A stretch of 64,000 nt of DNA from Mobula birostris (lineage: Eukaryota), in the NCBI RefSeq assembly GCF_030028105.1, contig NC_092371.1, positions 143,788,490 to 143,852,489 of the forward strand, read 5' to 3'. Positions 23,136 through 36,764 of this stretch are shown here, one piece after another (positions within the stretch are counted from its first letter, which is position 1; each line of letters opens with the position of its first letter). The position numbers and the translations under genes were made by a program. Under the pieces are notes generated by a model. That model saw only the letters and a program-made list of their open reading frames with translations. It was not told where the DNA came from and did no database searches.

Positions 23136-24029
23136 CTATTGTTTTTCACCCTAACAAATCTTTAGGATTAGTGTTTTTCTGTGGAATTAGCAGCACAGGA
23201 AAAATTAAAAGTACAACCTTAACAAGATCATAGTTCGACACAAGGTGTATCATGAGCAAAGGATATCCCTGTGCCACTCAATAATGCGCCGATAAGAGAG
23301 GAGTTTATCTAACCATTACTGAGGTTAAAATTACAGGATATTTACTATAAATATGAATTGGATAGTTATCCCCTCCCAGAACTCAATTAACTTTACAGTT
23401 CAGATTTCCAAGTCATGTGGCGTCTTTCCCAGTGATTTCATACTGAATTCTTTCAATCACTGCAGACCAAAAACCAGACTCAGGAACTTATTATCTTTGC
23501 AACACAGAACTACACACAAGCAGCTAGACATCATTTTTGAGAAATAAATTGGTATCTACTGGAAGGGAGATTAATATCCAATTAAGGAAATCAACAACAG
23601 GGGAAAAACACATGGCTTTTTTAAGCTGACAAGCGATGATAAATATGACTACTGATGAAGGGTAAAAAAAAAGTATTAAGTCACTTAAAATCATGCTGGG
23701 ACACAGCAGCCAACATCAATGGGGCAGACACATGCAAGTATCCCAACAGAAGGAACTGGGATTGAATCCAAAGGAGGGAACAAGTACCTCATCAGTGATT
23801 CTACTGCAGTTCCCAGAGAGGACGGATAATCTGCACAGGCCAGGGGTGATGAGACCAACTTGTCTACAGATAAATGAGGACAGTGTTACGTGGCCAAACC
23901 ATGAAGCACATCAACGTGCTCATTAAGATCAGCTGCCGGAGGCCCCCCCCCCGTTCTCACATTAGCATCTCAAGGAACGATTATGTGCTTTACCAGACTG
24001 GATGTCCAAACATGGAGCTCGTCATAACA

Positions 24030-24109
24030 TATGGGTTTCCAACCTGGGGTCCAAGGACCCCTCAGTTAGTGGCAGGGGTCCATGGCATAAAAAAGGTTGG
24101 GAACCCCTG
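24030..24109. mobile_element. 80-bp hAT-type MITE
   Basis: TIRs (TAT)GGGTTTCCAACC / GGTTGGGAACCCCTG; 8-bp flanks TCATAACA and CCATAACA (7/8 identical). Confidence 0.7.
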
Positions 24110-24529
24110 CCATAACATTTGGCAGATGATAGCTATCCCTCAATGTAATGCATCTATTCTTTATAGTCAATGATCTTTCAATATATAAGCTATCAAACAA
24201 GATTTTGCTGGAACTCAGCAAGTCAGGCAGCATCCATGCAATTCCTTTCAAGGATATTTTACCATCTAATTAGCTCTACACATGCTGCCTGGTCCACTGA
24301 GTTCCTCCAGCACCTTGTTTGTTGTATCAGATTCCAGCATCTAGTCTCTTGGATCCCCATAAATATAAACTATGTTCTTCTTTAAGTTATAAATCTGACA
24401 GAAACTTACTGAATACCATCTTGTTATCATCAGTGAATGATCCAAACACAACCAGACACCAGGTCGAGATAAAAATAACATTGCCTCATCAATTAGTCCT
24501 TATTTCGTGGAATAATTCCTATCAATTAG

Positions 24530-27435
24530 ACTACAGACCATAAAGATCTAGGAACAGAATTAGGCCATTTTTCCCATCGAGTCAACTCTGCCACTTCATC
24601 ATGGCAAATCCATTTTCTCTCTCAGCCCCAATCTCCTGCATTCTCCCCATATCCCTTCAGGCCCTGACCAATCAAGAATCTATCAATCTCTGCCCTAACA
24701 GGTACCCAATCACAGCCCCACAGCCACCTGTGGCAACAAATTCCATAGATTCACCACTCTATGGCTAAACAAATTCGTCCTCATATCAGATTTAAAAGGA
24801 CGCACCCCTATTCTGAGGCTGTCCCTTCTGGTCTTAGACATCCCCACCACAGGACATCTACTCTATCAAGGGCTTTCAACATTCGATAGATTTCAATTAG
24901 GTCACCCCCTCATTCTTCTGAATTTCAGTGAGTTGAGGCCCAGAGCCATCAAAACACTTCTCATATGATAAGCCTTTCCATCCTGGAATCACTTTCATGA
25001 ACTTCTTTTGAACCCTCTCGAATATCAGCACATAATTTTTTAGATGAGGGGCCCAAAACTGTTCACAACATTCCAAGTGAGGCCTCCCCAGTGCTTTATA
25101 AAGCCACAACATTGCATACTTGCTTTTATATTCTAGTCCTCTAAAGTGAATGTTAACACCATATTTGGCTTCCTCAACACTGACTCAACTTTCAAGGAAT
25201 CCTGCATGAGGACTCTCAAGTCCCTTTGCACCTCAGATTTTTGAATTTTCTCTCCATTTAGAGAATAGTCTACCCTTCTAGTTCTTCTAACAAAGTGCAT
25301 GACCATACACCTCACAACACCGTATTCCATCTGGCACTTCTTTGCTCATTCTCCTAATCTAAGTCTTTCTTTAGCCTTTCTACTTCCTCAATGCTACCTG
25401 CCCCTCCACCTATCTGTGTATCATCCAAAAACTCAGCCACAATGCCATCAATTCCTTCATCCAAGTCGTTGATTTATAACGTAAAAAGCCGTCCCAACAT
25501 AGACCCACAGCCAACCAGAAAAGGCTCCCTTTCTTCCCACTCTTTGCTTCCTCCCAATCAACCAATGCTTTATCCATGCTACTATTTTTCCCGTATTACC
25601 ATGGGCTCTTAACTTGTTAAGCAGCCTCATGTGTGGCATCTTGTTAATGGCCTTCTGAAAATCCAAGTACACAACATCCACCGATTCTTCTTTATCTATC
25701 CTGCTTGTTACTTCTTCAAAGAATTCGAACAGGTTTGTCACCAAGATTTCCCCCTGGTGAAACCATGCTGACTACAGCCTATTTTATCATGTGCCTCGAA
25801 GTACTCCAAAATCACATACTTAACAATCACCTCCAACATCTTCCCAACCACTGAAGTCAAACTGGTCTCTCCCTTTCTGAAGAGTAGAATTACAGTTGCA
25901 ATTTTCCTTTCCTCTGGAACTATGCCAAATGATTTGATTTTTAAAAGATCATTATTAATACCTCCACAATCTCTTCAGCCATGTCTTTCAAAACTCAGGA
26001 GTATATACCATCTGGCCCAGGTGAATTATCTATCTTCAGACCTTTCAGTTTCCCAAGAACCTTCACCCTACTAACAGCAACTTCACATACTTCTTCCCTG
26101 ACACTCTCGAACTTACTGCATGCTGCTAGTGTCTTCCACAATCAAAGCTGATGCAAAATACTTATTCATTTCGTCTGCCAGTTCCTTGTCCCCCATTACT
26201 ACCCTTACAAAATAGCATCATTTTCCAGTGGTCTGATATTTACTCTCACCTCTCTTTTACACTTTTATGTTGACTTTGACTTCTCTTGTCAGCCACAATG
26301 GTGTCAACCTGCTCCCAGAAATTCCAGCCCATTATCCCTGCCGGTGTTCTTTTCCAATCAATATTGGCCAGTTCCTTTCACATGCCTCTGTAATTCTCCT
26401 TACTCCACTGTAACACTGATACATCTGACTTTAGCTTCTCCTTCTCTATCACATTGTGATCACTTATGTCTAAGAGTTCTTTTGCCTTAAGCTGCCTAAT
26501 CAATTCTGGTTCATTGCACAACACCCAACTGAGAATAGCTGATCTCCTAGTGAGCTCAACAATTAGCTGCTCTAAAATGCCATTTCATAGGTATTCTAGA
26601 AATTCCCACTCTTGGGATCCAGTACCAACCTGATCTCCCCAATCTACCTGCAAGTTGAAATCCCCCATGACTATCATAACATTGCCCTTTTGGCATGCAT
26701 CTTCTACATTGACCACATCTTTACTACTGTTTGGGGGTCTATATATAACTCCCATCAGGGTCTTTTTACTTCTGCAGTTCCTTAGTTCGATCTACAATGA
26801 TTCAGCACCTTCTGGCCCTATGCCACCTCTTTCTAATGATTTAATTTCATTCTTTATCAACAGAGCCACCCCAACCCCTCTGCCTACCGACCTGTCTTTT
26901 CAATACAACGTGTATCCTTGGATGTTAAGTTCTCAGCTATAACCTTCTTTCAGCCATGATTCAGTGATGCCACAAATTCATACGTGCCAATCTGTAACTG
27001 TGGTACACATTCACCTACCTTACTCTACATAATGCGTGCATTCAAATATAACACCTTCAGTCCTGACCCTTATAACCCTTTCTGACTTTGTCCATTTTTT
27101 ACATTGCAACTCATCCTATTGACTGCAATTTCACCCTATCATCAGCCTCTCCTTGCCAGCAGTCTCACTACACACCACCTGTTTGTAAACAAACTACCTG
27201 ATCCTCAGCCCTATCACTCCGGTTCCTATCCCCTTGCCAAATTAGTTTTCACCCTCCCAAACAGCTCTAGCAAACCTGCCCGCGAGGATATTGATCCCCT
27301 CAGGTTCAGGTGTAAATCATCCCTTTTGCACAAGTCATACGTTCTCCAAAAGAGATCCCAATGATCCATAAGTCTAAACCCCTGCCAATTTCTCAGCTAC
27401 GCACTCATCTGACAAATCATCCTATTCCTACCCTC
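24530..27435 (-). mobile_element. Decayed CR1 LINE
   Basis: NLFEFFEEVT...[20 protein letters not shown] and typical CR1 3' tail; many indels. Confidence 0.88.
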
Positions 27436-27748
27436 ACAGGGGTGTGGCATGAGCAAATAACGGTCTCTGAATGAAAAACCACTCCTGTGGCCATGCTACA
27501 AAGATTCACAACTCTTTCTGCAAACCCTTAGAATAGATGTTAGCTAACAGTACAAATTCTGTGGTTTTGCAGCTCTGTTTAGTCTGCTCATATTGTTGTC
27601 TCATCATTGGACACAACAACCAGTACTAATGGCCTGCCCCTATATTGGATTGTGAAGATGAAAGGATTTGCCAATGATGGTAGAATCAATGCAAAAACGG
27701 ATGGGACAAAAATGGGTGTAATTACAAATGACAAAAACAAAGACTCAC

Positions 27749-27865
27749 CTGCAGCCAGTCATAGAGGTTGATCAATCGTCCACACTCCAGGTGAAGCTTG
27801 TAGATTATACAGATGTCTGGTGCGACATTAGTAATAGTTCCTCCATTGCTCTTCAAGGCTTCATT
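27749..27865 (-). CDS. orc3: ORC3 coding exon (exon 18 equivalent), 117 nt, winged-helix domain
   Basis: [48 protein letters not shown]. Confidence 0.97.
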
Positions 27866-28519
27866 CTGAGTTGGAACAATGAAATTCAACAATAAATTTT
27901 TTAAAAGTGGCAGAAACTGTTCAAAAATATTTGTAGAATGGAGAATTTAGACCATGAACATCATAACCAAATGGTGGATGCAGAGATCCTGCCATTCTAT
28001 CTGAAACAGAGCCATTGATGCAACCCTGTCTACCTTGGATATCTAGCCATGAATGCCAGGGTCCTCCTCCTCTTACTCCATCCAAGTACTTGCAGGAACC
28101 TGTCTCTGGGCCTATTAATTACTGACAAATACTAAAGATTTTGCAGATGCTACAGATCCAGAGTTCCTCCAGCATTTTGTGTGTGTTACCAATAATCTCC
28201 CAATTATCTCTTACTATTGCTGAATGAAAGCTTAGTGATGTAGTAGCCCCAAGTCAGGGTGGTACTGAACTCAAGAAGAGCAATGCTGGTCTCTTAAGAA
28301 TGGAGTCTAGACTACAAGAATGATTTATGTATCCCTGGATTGTTGGCAATTTGCACTAAATTGTACCCGTACATTAACTATGACACACAGGTGATTCAGG
28401 CATGGAAATTAGTAGAGGTATGGTTTCTTGAGTGTCTTTGGGAATGGGGAGAGCATAAGAGTATTTTTTTTTTATATACAAAAAGGACAGATAATTGGTG
28501 AATCTGATATAAAAAATGC

Positions 28520-29095
28520 AGTTGATGTTCTTGTATACAAGTCACTGAAAGCCAATATGCAGGTGAAACAAGTAATCAGGAAGGGAAATTGAATGTTGGC
28601 CTTCATCATAAAAGGATTAGAATACAAAGTAAAATTGCCTTACTACAATTATAGTCTTGGTGAGGCAGCTTCTGGAGATTTGTGTACAGTTTTGGTATCC
28701 TAACCCAAACACTTGCCATAGAGGGAGTGTGGCACTAGATTGCATCCAGAGAAGGCGAGTTTGCAAGCATTCTCTAAAGTTTGGAAGAGTGAGAAGTAAA
28801 TACACTGAAAGTTATGATATTATTAAAGGGCTTGATAGGCTGGAGAGGAAGGACATTTCCTTGACTAAGGAGGAGTAAAATGTTCCTTATTCTAATGTTT
28901 TAGAATGTGGGACATTTAGGACTAAGATGAGGGCTAAGTTTCATTCAGAGGATTGTGGCTCTTTGGCTCGATCAATTAATTTATTAAAAATTCTGGATAT
29001 TAAGGAATATTCTTAATAAGTGGATAGTATGGGTGTGAAGATGCAAGAACACTAGAACAGTGTTCATATAGTCTACTCCTGTTCCTAGTTCTTGT
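28520..29095 (+). mobile_element. Old CR1 3' fragment
   Basis: LVRQLLEICVQFWYP...YDIIKGLDRL. Confidence 0.7.
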
Positions 29096-29879
29096 GTTAT
29101 ATCCTACCTACCTTTAATGGATGCCAGACTCATTTATACATTTTTTAAACTTTAAGGTCACAGTCCTTCCCTCCTGAACACCACATTCTCCTGCTCTTCA
29201 AGCATGAGAAGTGGGGAAAGGTGGGTTCAATTAGGACCATGCATCTACTCAAGGAGTTATATCGTTGTTCTTTTAAAGAAAAATCCTTAATCCAACACAA
29301 ATTCTATTTAATTTTGTGCAAAGTAGTTCCAATCTTGATTAGTAAAATAAAAATAAAAATCCCTATTACACCACACAATGTCTCTTTTATCATAACTTAG
29401 ATTATCTCATTGGAAGGCATGGAATTCTTTCCAGTAATTCCAACACTTCCAGTAACTTAATTGAATTTGGCAACATCTCCAGACCTAGTGAGTTGGTTCC
29501 TATTTTGTGCTCACTGCAATATCTGCATGCTTGTTTCAACTAAAGGACTTGTTTAACTTTTAGCCCGAGATACAAGTTTTAATTCATTACTTTTCAAAGG
29601 CCAGTCTTCACTTATTGACTCATACTTAGGAACACTTCACTAATGACAGTTCCATGTGGTACTCTGATTAAAAGTGGTATTTTTTCCCCTTCCTCTTTAT
29701 GCTAAATATCATTACAAAGAGTGGGTGGAAGATTTGTCTTTAAAACTGAAATAAGTATTTCTTGTGGAAAATGGCACTGCTGAAGCAGCTGTCCTTAGCA
29801 AGTGGGCTACTTTGAACTTATTTAGGAAGGAAGGGGTATAAAGCACCTCATGGCAAGGTAGGCTTGTATACAGAGGGCT

Positions 29880-30245
29880 CGAAGCATTGTTGACGATCCC
29901 TACCACCCATCCCACAATCTCTAACTACTGTCAGGGAGGTGGTACAGGATCATCAAAACTAGGACTGTCAGACTGGGCAACAGCTTCTTACCTCAGGCTG
30001 AGACTAAAGAATACCCTGCCACTACTGGGGTCTCATCATGAGGACAGTGAGTTGTTTACCGTACTGTTTACCTGTGCTGTGCACTATCTGCATTTTGAAT
30101 TATTTTTTATTAAGTTAAGAGTATTTATCGTAATGTTTTGTTTCTCATGCTGTGTGAGATACATATTTTGCGGGTGCACTATTGTCCAGGAGAACGCTGT
30201 TTCATTTGAATGTACATATTACAGTCAGTTGACAATAAACTGCAA
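29880..30245 (+). mobile_element. Rex1/Babar LINE 3' end
   Basis: Decayed DPYHPSH...LSGRWYRIIKTRTVRLGNSF motif. Confidence 0.68.
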
Positions 30246-30591
30246 ACAAATAACACATTAAATCCACTAAGCCCATCAGGTCTATTCTGGCATTGATGTT
30301 TAATCACAGCCACCTCCCACCGTTCTTCAGCTAATAAATGCTACATTCATTTTCATGTTTAGCTCGTATTTTTATTAACCTCACACGGCTCTCCGTTGAG
30401 TGCTCTACAAACTTCCTCTTGAGGACACATCTCTTTCAGCCTTCAATGCATTTGCACCTTTCATTCCTTTCACATTCTCTTTCATTTTCAGTAAACAGCA
30501 ACAGAAAATCTAAGCCAGAATGCTTCTCAGTGCAGCAAATACTGTAAACTAACTATAACTGTAACTGCGTTGCAACACACACAATAACTGT

Positions 30592-30870
30592 TATTTAGTC
30601 AGAAATACAGCATGGAATAGGCCCTTATGGCCCTTCGAGCTGCGCCACCCAGCAACCCATGACAACCCTGATTTAACCTTAACAATTTACAAAGACCAAT
30701 TAACATACCTGGTATGCTTTTGGACTGAGGGAGGAAACTGCAGCACACCGAGAAAACCCATGTATTCCATGTGGAGGACATAGAGACGCCTTACCGAGGA
30801 TGCTGGGATTGAACTCCAACACCTCAAGCTGTAATTCCGTCGTATTAACCACTACGCTACTGTGGCACCC
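30592..30870 (-). mobile_element. HE1-like V-SINE
   Basis: tRNA head, V domain and tail on the minus strand. Confidence 0.8.
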
Positions 30871-31210
30871 AGATTAGGCCGTTTGGCTCATTGGCTCTGC
30901 TCCGTCATTCAATCGTGGCTGATTTATTATCCCTCTCAACCCCATTCTTCTGCTTTCTCCCATTAACCTTTGATGCCCTGACTAATCAAGAACCTATCTG
31001 CCTCCGCTTTAAATATACGCAGTAACTTGGTCTCTACAGCATTCTATGGTAATGAATTCTACAGATTCACAACATGCTTGCTAAAGCAACTCCTCCTCAT
31101 TTCTGTTCTAGAGGGACGCCCTTCTACTTTGAGGCTGTGCCCTCTGGTCTTAAGAATCTCCCACTTTTGGAAACATGCTCTCCACATCCACTCTATCTAA
31201 GCCTTTCAAT
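30871..31210 (-). mobile_element. CR1 3' fragment
   Basis: CR1 3' UTR consensus (ATTAGGCC...CATTCAATC...GGCTGAT). Confidence 0.75.
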
Positions 31211-31233
31211 TTAAATGGGGTGCAAATGAGAAT

Positions 31234-31281
31234 CATCTAGTTGGACTTATCAGAACCATCTAGTTGGACTTATCAGAACCA
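31234..31281. repeat. Perfect 23-bp tandem duplication
   Basis: CATCTAGTTGGACTTATCAGAAC occurs twice, about 40 nt into the intron after orc3 exon 17. Confidence 0.9.
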
Positions 31282-31319
31282 AAGGAAATTATCCTGGTAA
31301 AGTTGTCATAGTCTATTAC

Positions 31320-31461
31320 CTTTAAATAGTGATATGGATTACTTAAAGCTATCTGCAAGGCAGCACGTGGAGCTGCATTCAAGTGTCTTCGAAGCGTGCT
31401 AGCAGCTTTGAAATAGACAACTTCGTGGAGCGCCTGAGTTTCCGGTAGCAAAAGGTATTGC
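31320..31461 (-). CDS. orc3: ORC3 coding exon (exon 17 equivalent), 142 nt
   Basis: [56 protein letters not shown]. Confidence 0.97.
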
Positions 31462-32299
31462 CTGCAAAAAGAACCGGGGAAAAAAAGGTATTATCATTTC
31501 CTTTCACCAGTAACAGATCAAATCATTCCCAGGTTTTGCATAATTGAGGACAATGAGGAATAATTCAATTGAAAACAGAATACAATTTGATTTTTTTTTA
31601 CATCTAAAGTCCAGACCAAGTGCTCTTAGATTACTAGCTAGTTTCTGTTCCACTCAACAAATGGTTATATACTGACTACAGCAACACATGAACACTCACA
31701 CAGCTCCTTCTGTGTGTCTCTGCACTTGGAACAGTAAAAAGTTGTCAAGTACAATACAGACACAAGAAACTTCAGAAACTGGAAATCTGGAGGAACACAC
31801 AAAAAGTTTGAGGAACTCAGTAGGTCTGGTAGCATCCAGGGTGAGAAATAAACAGTCAACATTTCAGGATTAGTTTCCTTCCTCACCTCCTCGTTATTCC
31901 ATGGTTCCATGTCCTCTCTAATTAGATTCTAATCTTCAACTTGTTGTCACTTCCATCCATCACCTTCTAGTTCTGACAACATTCTCGCTCTCCTCTTGCT
32001 TCAACCCCGTCTTCCCTCCTTCCTATACTGGCTATCTCCCCTCTTTGGTGAAGATGGTGCTGGTAAGACACAGCCTCACTTTGTAGGTGGCAAACAAAAC
32101 TACTAACCATCAAATATACCTTTTGGGACCTACAATCACTGAAATCTGCAGCCTGTAAATTCCTGTTGGGAAGTGTGCTTTTGAACCTTCTGTATAACCT
32201 GGTATTTTTGTGGTAAGCTGAAATATTCGGAAATTGGACTTTCGTGAATGTAGGCACGGTATTGGCGGCCATTGCTGGAGCGGACTTGGACCAGATCTG

Positions 32300-32685
32300 G
32301 GTCTGAGAGCTGCCAGGATAATCAAGGACATGACCCACCTAGTCAGCACACTTTTTGTCCCTCTTCCCTCTGGGAGAAGGCTCAGGAGTTTGAAGACTCG
32401 TACAGCCAGATTTGGGAACAGCTTCTTTCCAGCTGTGATAAGACTGCTGAACAGATCCTGACCCGGATCTGGGCCGTACCCTCCAAATATCCAGACCTGC
32501 CTCTCGGTTTTTTTGCACTACCTTACTTTCCATTTTTCTATTTTCTATTTATGATTTATAATTTAAATTTTTAATATTTACTATCGATTTGTAATCCAGG
32601 GAGCGGGAAGCACAGAATCAAGTATCGCTGTGATGATCGTATGTCTAGTATCAATTGTTTGGCGACAATAAAGTATAAAGTATAA
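32300..32685 (+). mobile_element. Rex1/Babar LINE 3' end nested in another repeat
   Basis: AARIIKDMTHLVSTLFVPLPSGRRLRSLKTRTARFGNSFFPAVIRLLN; (AAAGTAT) tail. Confidence 0.82.
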
Positions 32686-34028
32686 TGAACTAATGTTTGC
32701 CCCGAGTTAAGCACCGAGCCACATTAAAAGGATTAAGATGTCGAGGGTGAGAGCAGTGGACGAATCAATGTTCAGCTCATTACTATGAGAGGCTTTGGTT
32801 GCCTGAGCGCTGAACTGCCTCTGCAGCGTGGCCTGCAGCCTTTGGTATTCACTTTACCACTGAACCTAGCACAGTGGGTGCGACCTGTAACGAATGACAC
32901 TTGCTTCAGCACGGTCCCTGGTTCTGCAGCTGCAGCATCGGGCCCCTGAACTGGCTACTGCACTGAACTAGCTCTGTGGTTGTGGACTTATTTTCAGGGA
33001 CTCTGAGGTTCATGACCTGTGGATTGTTTGCCTTTTTTAAAAATATAATTGTTTGCATGATTTGTTCTTTCTTTTGCGCACACTGGAATAATGACTGTCT
33101 TGATGGTGTAGGGTTTTTCATGAATTCCATTGTGTTTCTTTGTTTTGGGGCAGCCTGCAAGAAGATGCATACATTGATCTCACAAGTGATTCAGAGAAAT
33201 ATTTTTTAAAGGGAAACTGATCCCTGCATTCACAATACAAACCGTTCGCAAACCATTAAGAGCTAAAGCTCTTTTCTGAAAATCTGCCCAAGTCTGAGAT
33301 AACACAAAATTAGAGTAAATCTCAAAAGATGAAACCATAAGATATTGATTTAATCAATGCATTTGCCATTCACTTAAGATCAACCTTTCACTACTAATAG
33401 ATTCTCATTTCAGTAATGCAACGTAGAACCAAATTGTCTCAAAGACATAAGAGTCAACAACCCATTTTGGAAAGTAGTCACTCTGCTTACAAACAGCATG
33501 CCCCTCATACCCGATACACCTACTGTACATATAGCACAATGCCAAACTTAGGCCAGTACATGTGGCCACTAATGTCACTACATATAGTACTAAGGTCAAT
33601 ACCATGAGAAATGGGTCCTCACAGTTAAACGACATCTCTCTATATCCTCCAGTACATTTTAAAATTGCATACGACTGACTACTTTTCAGCTACTACTTCT
33701 TTTTGAAATGTGAACTCCAAAACAAAGCTTGTAAGATGTGGTCTCTTGATCCATTTTCCTTTGGTATGCAATTATTTGCCACTGGACATATTGATGTCAT
33801 TATCACATGCAAAATCTGGCCAGAAAATATCATTAGGAAGAATCAAGATGGAACAAGACCTGCCAAATTCCTGATGGGCCAGTCTTCAACAGGAAATGCA
33901 ATTTTAATATCTTTGAAATATGCCCAAAATTTAACTCAAATGTACCAAATAAGTAGAAAAGGTTCTCTTCTAATTTATTTTCTAGTCTACTGCATCAGGA
34001 AATACTGGAATTTCCCTATTTCTACTAA

Positions 34029-34320
34029 TTAGATTAGATTAGATTCAACTTTATTGTCATTGTGCCGAGTACAGATACAAAGCCAATGAAATGCAGTTAG
34101 CATCTGACCAGAAATGCAAAGAATAGTGTTATTTACAAAGTAAGTGCTACAGCACACAAATATAAAAGTACTGAGACAGTACAATATGGATGCAATACTG
34201 CTTAGCGCTGTGATGTGAGGTTCAGCAGGGTCACAGCCTCAGGGAAGAAGCTCTTCTTGTGCCTGCTGGCGCGGGAGCGGAGGCTCCTGTAGCGCCTACT
34301 GGATGGAAGGAGAGTAAAAA
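34029..34320 (-). mobile_element. Rex1/Babar LINE 3' end
   Basis: Minus strand LLPSSRRYRSLRSRASRHKKSFFPEAVTLLN; (AATCT)n tail. Confidence 0.8.
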
Positions 34321-36358
34321 GAGAAGAGAACTTAAGAAACATACAACTTCTGGACCGAAGCCTGTACACTAACCATTTTTACCAAAGTTGACAGTGATAA
34401 GCACTTTCATTTGCTATGAATGTGCTTTGCAGGAGATGGGACACCTTGCTGAATTGAATGACCCATTTTTGCAGTATTTTACTTTAACACTCTTCAAAAG
34501 AGGTGATATGGTAACAAGGAATTACAACTCTCCCCTCACTGCTCAGTTCTTCACTTCATTCAGCAAACCTAATTAAAAGTTAAAAAATGTGGCTCTTCTT
34601 GTATTGAATTAGAATCAAAATTGAAACGGGGGTCTGGTTTGCATTGGTGGTCCACTTTCTCCAGACATCACAACAGTACAGGCTGACTAAAATTAGAGAG
34701 TTATGTGATTATATCATTGTGGATTCTTCAAACATCATTGGGAGTTTTCATATCACTGCTTAGCAACAGATAAATTAATCAACAGAACAGTCTTAAAAGC
34801 AAACAGAGATTTAGTCAGGTTTAGTGAAATAATGAACAACCAGTGATGGGTGACATGAAAAAGGGCAGCTGATCTAACTAAACAGAGGCAAGCAGAAACA
34901 AGAATTCCTTCATAGCAGATGATGAGTAGTATGTTAGCAACATCCTACACTAGATTGAAGTCTTCCCCCACCGCCACCCCTGTATACTTCAGATTCTACT
35001 TTTCACTTCTTTTATTCAATATTATATTTTGGTTTTATTTCCAAATTGATTGCTTTTTTTCTAGTTAAAGAGTTGTAAAATAAATTTATTTTGAAACTAA
35101 GGGAAACTACAGTTAAGTTTGAAAAAGGACAGGTTAGAAAATGTGTGTTTTGATTTTTTTTTTTAGCAACAAGGTCACATCCAGTCTACCGGGCACGTGG
35201 ATGCGCAAGGATTTTCATAAAACATTCATAAGGTGTCTTTCCACGTGATTTGGTGGAGTAAAAAAAGTTAGGTTTAAGGAAGGAAGAAAAATTGGAAGTA
35301 TTTTTGGCAGACTGGAATTGGGGTTGAACTGACAGTCCCAAAATATTAGCATTAGTAACAATCTTAAAACCCGATGTTGATACGAAAAACATGGGCGGAG
35401 CAGGTCTGTGGTTCAAAAACACTTGAGGAAGACGAAGACATACGAGCAGAACAGACAGACAGCTGAGCACTTTACCCAAGTGTGAAATTAATTGTTCCAA
35501 GAGGAAAAATAAAGTCCTGTATCTTTCAAAAGCTAACAATTGTTGATCAAAATACATCTCCCTAAATGGAAAACACCATTTAAACCTCTAATGGTATTTG
35601 TATTTTAATAAGGCAAAGTACAAATATTAAAAGTAATGATAAATTTGTATGACATTGGAACTTTTAGATGTTTCTGAACGCTGACTGTTGAAGGTTTAAA
35701 AGGTGAGCAGAACAATTGTAATAGGCATAGTATGTAAATTCAAGATGCAAAGAGAGATTTGAGATGGTGGACTACATTACAAGCAAAGCTTGTTAAGAGA
35801 CAGCTGCTTTGCAGGGCTTTTAATACCGCATGAAGTTAACAAATTATTTTGACTGGAGGAGAGACACCAGGATATGAGAAAGGAGAAGAACAAAAATTCC
35901 CAGGGCTATCTAATCGCTCGGAATCTTGGATCGACAACAATTTAAATAGATATATTTAAATATTTCAGTGCAACACAGGAACAGGCTATTTGGCCCACAG
36001 TGGAAAAAAAACTTTCTTTGTTGAACAATAAAGAGATGAGAGAGTGAAAATACAGGCAACAGAAAGATTCAGTAGCCTGTCCCTGAACCTTTGTTGACTT
36101 GACTTGTTCAAAATGACCTTAACAACCCTCTTCCCTCAGACCTGAAGACTCACAAGTCTTAGATGCTGCTGCTTTATAAATGCTAGACTCAATTCAAGGC
36201 AAGTGATGGGGAAGGGCTTGTGTGTGCTAAGAGAAAATAATAACTGCTTCTTCCTCATAGGGTATGTTTTAGGAATACCTAACAGGCACTCAAGAAAGTG
36301 CATCTTCATATTAAAAATGTCACTGCAATTGTTCTCACCAACTATCCCATTAACTCAC

Positions 36359-36456
36359 CTTACAAGTTTGTCCATAAATTCAAGGACATCCATTCGCAAA
36401 ACCTCAAACTTGCTTGGTTTCTTGGATCTTCTTAATTCCTTCATTTCCAATAAAGT
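36359..36456 (-). CDS. orc3: ORC3 coding exon (exon 16 equivalent), 98 nt
   Basis: [32 protein letters not shown](R). CAG/GTGAGT. Confidence 0.97.
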
Positions 36457-36764
36457 CTGCAAAATCCAAAGCTGTAATTTTCAAACATTATCTTTGCTAC
36501 AGCAATTGCTCACTAACAAGGCACTGAAAGTGATGGGAAATCTGTTATAAATATGATACTTGCATATTTTGGTTTTAAAATGGTTAAACAGCTTTCCCAA
36601 TTAAAACAAAACTTCAAAGGCTTACTTGATTAGTGGTTTGAGATTTTTAGCATACGCAGTTTTTGAAATACATTTTCCTTTCTTGAACATTAAAATACAG
36701 TTACCATCAACCATACAAAATTTACATTTTCATTCATTCAAATTTAAGATCACTACACCTAACT

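Noticed and set aside
9378-23266. Other minus-strand ATATCCTTT motifs (near 9378 and 23258) as U12 donors of hidden exons
   Set aside because: No upstream exon-like ORF or acceptor; consistent with chance 9-mer matches.
31234-31281. CRISPR-like repeat
   Set aside because: Two adjacent copies with no spacer in eukaryotic intron DNA; a simple slippage duplication.
35186-35557. 123-aa ORF in the orc3 sense direction
   Set aside because: No homology recognised and no fitting splice sites; not needed for ORC3 collinearity.
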